DNA of 64,000 nt from assembly GCA_030599585.1 (NCBI GenBank), contig JAUVNS010000016.1:28607-92606 (forward strand). The letters are read 5' to 3'. The notes under the pieces are model-generated. The model made no database searches, was not told where the DNA came from, and was given only the letters and a program-made list of their open reading frames with translations. The translations under genes were made by a program, and so were the position numbers. Shown here one piece after another: positions 58,681-64,000 of the stretch. Positions within the stretch are counted from its first letter, which is position 1, and each line of letters starts with the position of its first letter. Origin of the DNA: Promethearchaeota archaeon (GTDB lineage: Archaea > Asgardarchaeota > Lokiarchaeia > Sigyniarchaeales > SOKP01).

Positions 58681-59622
58681 TTGAAAACAAATAAAATCTT
58701 TAATAAACCTCAAGCTTACAATGTGAAAGAAATTGTGATTAGAGACGGAGATTTATCCTTAGCAGGGAACCATCCACTATTTAACTCGTTTACATTTGTA
58801 AAAGGGATTGGCGGTAAAGCAGAAACGATGCTCAGAGAATTAGGCATACGTTGTTGGAATGACGTGATAAAAAAACAGCGTCCTGAACTGTTTCCAAAAC
58901 AGAAGTGGGTTACCTTATGGAATGGCGTCAATTCAGCAATAGAAGCTCTAAAAGTCCTCGATATATCCCAACTAACAAGGCTTATACCCAATATACAACA
59001 TTGGAAAATGATCCCAAACTTTATTGACCGTATTGCTTACCTCGATATTGAGACGACCGGTTTAAGCCCTCACTATAGCCATATAACAACTATTGCCGTT
59101 TACGATGGAACGAGAGTTCACGATTTTGTTAGAGGTGATAATTTACACGATTTTCCGGATTTTATTTCGAAATTTTCTGCAATAACTACTTTTTACGGTA
59201 AAGCTTTCGATATTCCGTTTATCAGGCACGAAATGGGAATCGGTTTTAATCAAATCCATTTTGACGTGTGCTTCTTACTCAGGAGATTACAGATAAAGGG
59301 TGGCTTAAAAAAAATTGAAAAAAGGTTTGGAATCTCGCGTGGTGCTCTTGAAGACTTGGACGGCTATTCTGCGGTGCTCTTGTGGAAAAAATATAAACAA
59401 ACTAAAGAAAAAGAATATCTCGAAACGTTATTGGCCTATAATAACGAAGACGTTATCAACCTCGAGTTCCTCTTACATCAAGCCTACAATTTACTGATCG
59501 AAAAAGAACACTCCTTTACGCCTCCTTTAGAATTTCCAAAAAAGAAGGTTACAAATCCTTTTGTGGCGAACAAACGAGTTGTGAAAGAAATATTAGGAAG
59601 AAGGACAAATTTATACCGTTAA
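58681..59622 (+). CDS. YprB/RNase H-like (DEDD) exonuclease with N-terminal HhH
   Basis: VKGIGGKAE, YLDIETTG, FYGKAFDIPF, LLAYNNED. Confidence 0.85.
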   Translation: MKTNKIFNKPQAYNVKEIVIRDGDLSLAGNHPLFNSFTFVKGIGGKAETMLRELGIRCWNDVIKKQRPELFPKQKWVTLWNGVNSAIEALKVLDISQLTRLIPNIQHWKMIPNFIDRIAYLDIETTGLSPHYSHITTIAVYDGTRVHDFVRGDNLHDFPDFISKFSAITTFYGKAFDIPFIRHEMGIGFNQIHFDVCFLLRRLQIKGGLKKIEKRFGISRGALEDLDGYSAVLLWKKYKQTKEKEYLETLLAYNNEDVINLEFLLHQAYNLLIEKEHSFTPPLEFPKKKVTNPFVANKRVVKEILGRRTNLYR

Positions 59623-59673
59623 TTGACGAGTTAAGAAAAGAATGAACCGAAGTTTTTCACAAATTAATATTAA

Positions 59674-60546
59674 ATGTTATATTATAGTAATCATATGGCA
59701 CTTATAATCACACATCCCGGTTCTGCACATTTAGACGATTTTTTGTCTTGCTGCTTGGTCGTGAATAAGAGCGGAAACATAAAGAAGATCAAGAGGAAAG
59801 AACCAGATAAGGCAGAAATTAAAGATCCTGCGATATGGAAACTCGATGTTGGGGAAAGGCTCGATCCCGAAATAAAGTGTTTTGATCACCATCAAGACGG
59901 CATGAATGAAGAATGTACTCTTTCCTTATTGTTAAAGAACTGGGGATTGTGGTCAATTGCTAACGAAGTTCATAAGTGGCTCAATATCGTGGTGGTAAAC
60001 GATACTAAAGGACCGAAAGAGGTAACAAAGCAGTTAAAAATTTCTTTTAAAGCCATGGGGGCTTTAGATTCGTTTGTTGAAAGGACGATACTAGATTTGT
60101 TTAAGAAACAGAAGGAAATTAAAAAAGAGAGCCTACTTTTCTCGCTTATGGAAATTATTGGTCAGAATTTTTTTGCGTTAATTGACGAATACGCTACTGT
60201 TATGGAGAAAGTGAACGAAAAATTAGAATATAAAACTATTAATGGAGTACAATCGATCTTTTGCTACGAGGGGCTTACCCATTCTAGCACTCTGTTACGG
60301 ATTATAAGAGATAAAATGATTGAAAAATGGCCAAACTTAAAGGGGGGGATTGCTGTCTACCCTAATAAAAGAGTTAAGGGCACAATTGCTTTACGGCGAT
60401 ATGATGACGATGAGAGGGTAAATTTTTCGAGGATATCCAATTACGACAAAGTGGTATACTCACATCCTGCAGGATTTTTTATATCTGTGGAGCAAATGAC
60501 TAAAGATCAGTTGGAGCAATACATTAAGGACGCCATAAAAAAGTAA
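59674..60546 (+). CDS. MYG1-like DHH-family exonuclease
   Basis: ITHPGSAHLDD, DVG, FDHHQ, HPAGF. Confidence 0.8.
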   Translation: MLYYSNHMALIITHPGSAHLDDFLSCCLVVNKSGNIKKIKRKEPDKAEIKDPAIWKLDVGERLDPEIKCFDHHQDGMNEECTLSLLLKNWGLWSIANEVHKWLNIVVVNDTKGPKEVTKQLKISFKAMGALDSFVERTILDLFKKQKEIKKESLLFSLMEIIGQNFFALIDEYATVMEKVNEKLEYKTINGVQSIFCYEGLTHSSTLLRIIRDKMIEKWPNLKGGIAVYPNKRVKGTIALRRYDDDERVNFSRISNYDKVVYSHPAGFFISVEQMTKDQLEQYIKDAIKK

Positions 60547-60567
60547 TTTTTTAGAAAACACATTAAA

Positions 60568-62730
60568 TTAATTCTTTCCAAGTTTATCTGCCGTTGTAAA
60601 TGACGATTTATTATCTTTTGATGTTTCTTTTTTCGATAATACAGGTTTGTAACGGACTGACGATCTTTTGTAGACTTTAGGGTTTAATTCCCCGACAAAC
60701 TGAGATACGCGCACCGTCTGAGGACCTCGATAAGTATTTCTTACCGCCGGTGAAATAAGATACAACTCGTCCTTAGTTCTTGTTGTTGCTACGTAAAACA
60801 CTCTTCTTTCCTCTTCGTAGGCGTCAGCGTCTCCAATCACCCTACTGGAAGGAAACGAATCCTCGCACAGCATAGGGATGAACACCACTCGCCACTCCAA
60901 ACCCTTGGCTCGATGAACTGTAGATAAAACCACCGGTTTTTCATCCTCGGTTTGAGAGCCCATTTTGGTCGTTCTAGATTCTAAAGCCGAAGCGTTCAAA
61001 CTTAAATTTTCCAAAAATTTTTGAGTGGTCGGATAGCTTTGAGCGTACACGCCTAATTGATTCAAATCTTCCAATCTGTCTTGCCAATTATCGTACTTAG
61101 CCTTAATATGGTCTTCAAGTGCCCCTATTAACTTTTGAACCACCTCAGTTGGGGGGTCGTCAACCGTAAACCCTTTTAAATTTTTAGCGTGAGAAAGTAA
61201 GTTTTTAACGCCGTCTTTTGAGATTCTTGAACCTCTAAGCTGCTTATCGATAAAGGTCTTACTCGAAACGTTGGTAATCGGATCGTCTGTTTTTGAAATT
61301 ACTCCAAAAATTTTTGCTGCTGAAACATTACCTATCCCTGGAACAATGCTAAATATTCGAGACCACGAGATTTCGTCGTAAGGGTTTTCAATTACCCGCA
61401 AATGAGCAATCATGTCTTTTATATGGGCTTTTTCGAAGAACGCTACTCCTGCTCGGACTTCGTAAGGGATGTTTTTTGCCTTTAGTTCCAACTCAATTCT
61501 AATCGTATGAAACCCCGCCCTTACGAGAATTGCCATTTCGTTCAGTTTGTAGCCATCTTGGCGCAATTTTAAAATTTGGTTTGCGATAAACCTTGCTTGG
61601 TCTTTATCGTCTCCTAAGTTAATTTGATAAGGTTTGACTCCCTTTGGGCGAGTTGCTCTCATTAATTTTTTGAACTGATTTTCGTTGTGTTCTATGCAAT
61701 CATTTGCTAAGTCTAATATTTGAGGGACGCTCCGATAATTGTAGGTAATGGTGTATCTTTTACATTTTTTATAATTTTTTCCGAAATTCAAAATGTTCTG
61801 AAAATTCGCACCCCGAAAAGCGTATATGCTCTGGGCATCATCGCCGACCGCCATAATGTTTCGTTCTGGATTTTGCAACACGATTTTATGAATAATTTCG
61901 TCTTGGATATAGTTAGTATCTTGATATTCGTCAACCAATACGTATTTAATCTTACTTGCTATTAGTTTAGCAATAGATCTTTCGTCGAGCAATTTACTCC
62001 AGAACACAAGCAAGTCGTCGAAATCTAATAAACCATCGTCTGCTTTTTTAGTTTTGTAAATTTTAATAACTTCGTTCAATTTAGCGTAAATAGGATCGCT
62101 ATCAAACTGGCCATACTTCCATTGGACGACTTCTTTAATAGATTTGTTACAATTAATAGAAAAAGATAAAATTGATTTGACCATTGCCGAAGTAGGAAAC
62201 CGCTCTTCGAGATCTTTTACGCCTGCTTTATCGATTGACAACTTCATTAACCCTTTGGCGTCGGTCTCGTCCATGATTGTGAAATTAGGCTTTAATCCTA
62301 GCGTTTTTGCGTACATCCTCAAGAACCGGTTGGCAATCGAGTGGAAAGTTCCTCCCCAAATACCTTTTGGTTTTTTTCCAAGTAAGATTTCTACGCGTTT
62401 AATCATTTCGTGAGCAGCTTTATTGGTGAAAGTCACCAACATTATCTGACTAGGTTTAACTCCGGACACTAAAAGTTTAGCAACAGAATAGACGATGGTC
62501 CTTGTCTTTCCAGAACCAGCTCCGGCAATAACTAACATTGGCCCTTGAATATTGTTCACAATTTCGAGCTGTTCTTCGTTTAAGCCCGTCTCGAAATCTA
62601 TCTCGTTATATTCCTCTATTGTTACTGGTTTTTCGATGTCTTCTAGTGATTTCGCGTAATCTTCGTCATAAAACTCAAAGACGAATTCCTCCTCTCCACT
62701 CTCTTTTTTTTGTGTCATGAGCAAATTCAA
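60568..62730 (-). CDS. UvrD/PcrA/Rep SF1 helicase
   Basis: AGAGSGKT, TFTNKAA, DEYQD, GDDAQSIYAFRGA, NYRS, STVHRAKGLEW, EERRVFYVATTR. Confidence 0.93.
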   Translation of the reverse strand: MNLLMTQKKESGEEEFVFEFYDEDYAKSLEDIEKPVTIEEYNEIDFETGLNEEQLEIVNNIQGPMLVIAGAGSGKTRTIVYSVAKLLVSGVKPSQIMLVTFTNKAAHEMIKRVEILLGKKPKGIWGGTFHSIANRFLRMYAKTLGLKPNFTIMDETDAKGLMKLSIDKAGVKDLEERFPTSAMVKSILSFSINCNKSIKEVVQWKYGQFDSDPIYAKLNEVIKIYKTKKADDGLLDFDDLLVFWSKLLDERSIAKLIASKIKYVLVDEYQDTNYIQDEIIHKIVLQNPERNIMAVGDDAQSIYAFRGANFQNILNFGKNYKKCKRYTITYNYRSVPQILDLANDCIEHNENQFKKLMRATRPKGVKPYQINLGDDKDQARFIANQILKLRQDGYKLNEMAILVRAGFHTIRIELELKAKNIPYEVRAGVAFFEKAHIKDMIAHLRVIENPYDEISWSRIFSIVPGIGNVSAAKIFGVISKTDDPITNVSSKTFIDKQLRGSRISKDGVKNLLSHAKNLKGFTVDDPPTEVVQKLIGALEDHIKAKYDNWQDRLEDLNQLGVYAQSYPTTQKFLENLSLNASALESRTTKMGSQTEDEKPVVLSTVHRAKGLEWRVVFIPMLCEDSFPSSRVIGDADAYEEERRVFYVATTRTKDELYLISPAVRNTYRGPQTVRVSQFVGELNPKVYKRSSVRYKPVLSKKETSKDNKSSFTTADKLGKN

Positions 62731-62762
62731 TATGATAATATCTTTTTTACTATAAATTAAAT

Positions 62763-63587
62763 TTATTTCCGTTTATCAGTGCCTACCATTAAAATCAACA
62801 CTAAACAACATCCGATGATCAAAAACGTCAAAAAATCAGTAGTAGCTATGTAAATTAGGACTCCTATTCCAACCAAACCTAATATTGTTACAATTAGTAA
62901 GATGAGCAAAATATTTCGTTTGTGTTTTTTCTTGGTAAAAGCTAAACAATCAAGACAATAATATTTTTCCTTATAGATTTTAGTAGAATGTTTTCTCGTG
63001 TCTAATTTTTTATCGCACTCGGAACAAATAACCCAATATTCGCAGCGCTCACAAAGTCTAGGATTTTTGGGGATTAAATTATCTTGGAGGTTATTAATTG
63101 CTTTTTTCAACTTGACCGATTCTGTTGTTCTTCTTACTTGATGTTTCCAATCAAATTCAGTATAGTTTCCTTTTATAGTTTTATTACACTGAACACAATA
63201 AGCGCGAACAGGCTTTGAGTTTTTTATTTGTCGTAATAATTCGTTACCGTCCCAAAATTCTATTTCTATAGCTCTATCTTTTTGTTCTATTGCAACAGTT
63301 CTTGTAAAAAATCCGGTTGTAACAAAAATACCGTGATTAGCACGCATCCTCCGACAAGCATCAGCAAAAATTCTCACATCGCGAGAACCAACCTTATTAT
63401 CGGCAGAATATTTTTTGCATTCAAATAACACTTTTTCCGCTTGTTTAATCGCAGAAATATCGTAACCAGAATCTGCGGCTTGACTCGTAAGTTTAACGGC
63501 GGAATAACCCAACTTGGGGAGTAATTTTGCGATATATTCCTCAAACCCCCTTGGTGTATCGTTCCTTAAAGATTCTAACGAGATCAT
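62763..63587 (-). CDS. Mrr-like restriction endonuclease with Zn-finger segment and C-terminal TM hairpin
   Basis: FEEYIA.L...GY, DSGYD, ECKKY, FVTTG.FT, DGNEL; four CxxC motifs; two TMs. Confidence 0.8.
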   Translation of the reverse strand: MISLESLRNDTPRGFEEYIAKLLPKLGYSAVKLTSQAADSGYDISAIKQAEKVLFECKKYSADNKVGSRDVRIFADACRRMRANHGIFVTTGFFTRTVAIEQKDRAIEIEFWDGNELLRQIKNSKPVRAYCVQCNKTIKGNYTEFDWKHQVRRTTESVKLKKAINNLQDNLIPKNPRLCERCEYWVICSECDKKLDTRKHSTKIYKEKYYCLDCLAFTKKKHKRNILLILLIVTILGLVGIGVLIYIATTDFLTFLIIGCCLVLILMVGTDKRK

Positions 63588-63770
63588 TTTGCGATTTTGT
63601 TTTGTCTTTTAACAACTAAAACATTTCTTAATAAAATGTACCTTATTAAAGGTTAATAAATCTCACTTTTCCTCCCAGTTGAACCTCGAGATCAAAAAAA
63701 TTTTATAAAGAAATGAAATACTAATAAGATACTGTAGTTTGTTAAAAAAATAAAGACAAAAATGTGATAA

Positions 63771-64000
63771 ATGCTCGTGTTCGTAAGAAGTTATAGCAAA
63801 AAGGCTCTAATTATTTTTATAATAATGTTAACTTTACCAATGACAGTTGTACATGGAGAAGAACGAACCGACTATCTATCTCCTTTTGCGTGGACAAACT
63901 TTAGTTTGACTTTACCCGAAAATTTTAATCTCAACTGGGAATTTGAGACGTATAACAGCTCTTTTCAAGCTTTAGTGAGAATAGATGATCCTGATGGTCA
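63771..64000 (+). CDS. Partial secreted protein (runs off right edge)
   Basis: Hand translation MLVFVRSYSKKALIIFIIMLTLPMTVVHGEERTD... is open to the edge, with a signal-peptide-like start. Confidence 0.55.
   Translation, partial: MLVFVRSYSKKALIIFIIMLTLPMTVVHGEERTDYLSPFAWTNFSLTLPENFNLNWEFETYNSSFQALVRIDDPDG

Overview
AT-rich archaeal DNA, most likely Asgard (Lokiarchaeia-like). This is inferred from longin and roadblock proteins, an MglA-type GTPase, TFB, RadA/RadB and a Loki-typical 'NIYVNG..F..CKFLLL.IP' domain. The left ~48.7 kb is an island of DNA recombination/repair paralogues (Hel308-like helicase with a SWIM finger, Hef/FANCM-like helicase, RadB, RadA, FEN1, RPA, a membrane-anchored HhH protein, a PC4/Whirly-like protein, a Topo Zn-ribbon protein). 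These are interleaved with many membrane proteins (two pilin-like, two M50 peptidases), a roadblock/MglA pair and a divergent TFB. The right part has nurA-herA-mre11-rad50, a type IIG R-M gene, YprB-like and MYG1-like nucleases, UvrD and a membrane-anchored Mrr. Two signals stand out. (1) radA is interrupted by a 31-nt element (24565-24595) that folds into a bulge-helix-bulge-type splice motif; the predicted cuts restore the frame and the Rad51-like IGGNIVAH motif exactly, making it a candidate tRNA-endonuclease-type mRNA intron. (2) About 25 genes of the island share a non-canonical promoter, TTTT(C/CC/G)-TTTAAATA-like, with pyrimidines where the purine-rich BRE should be. The resident TFB paralogue has a diverged BRE-reading helix and a canonical promoter of its own. 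Together these suggest an alternative-TFB regulon for DNA exchange/recombination whose recombinase may be gated by splicing. The functional interpretation is inference. No rRNA, tRNA or CRISPR array was recognised.
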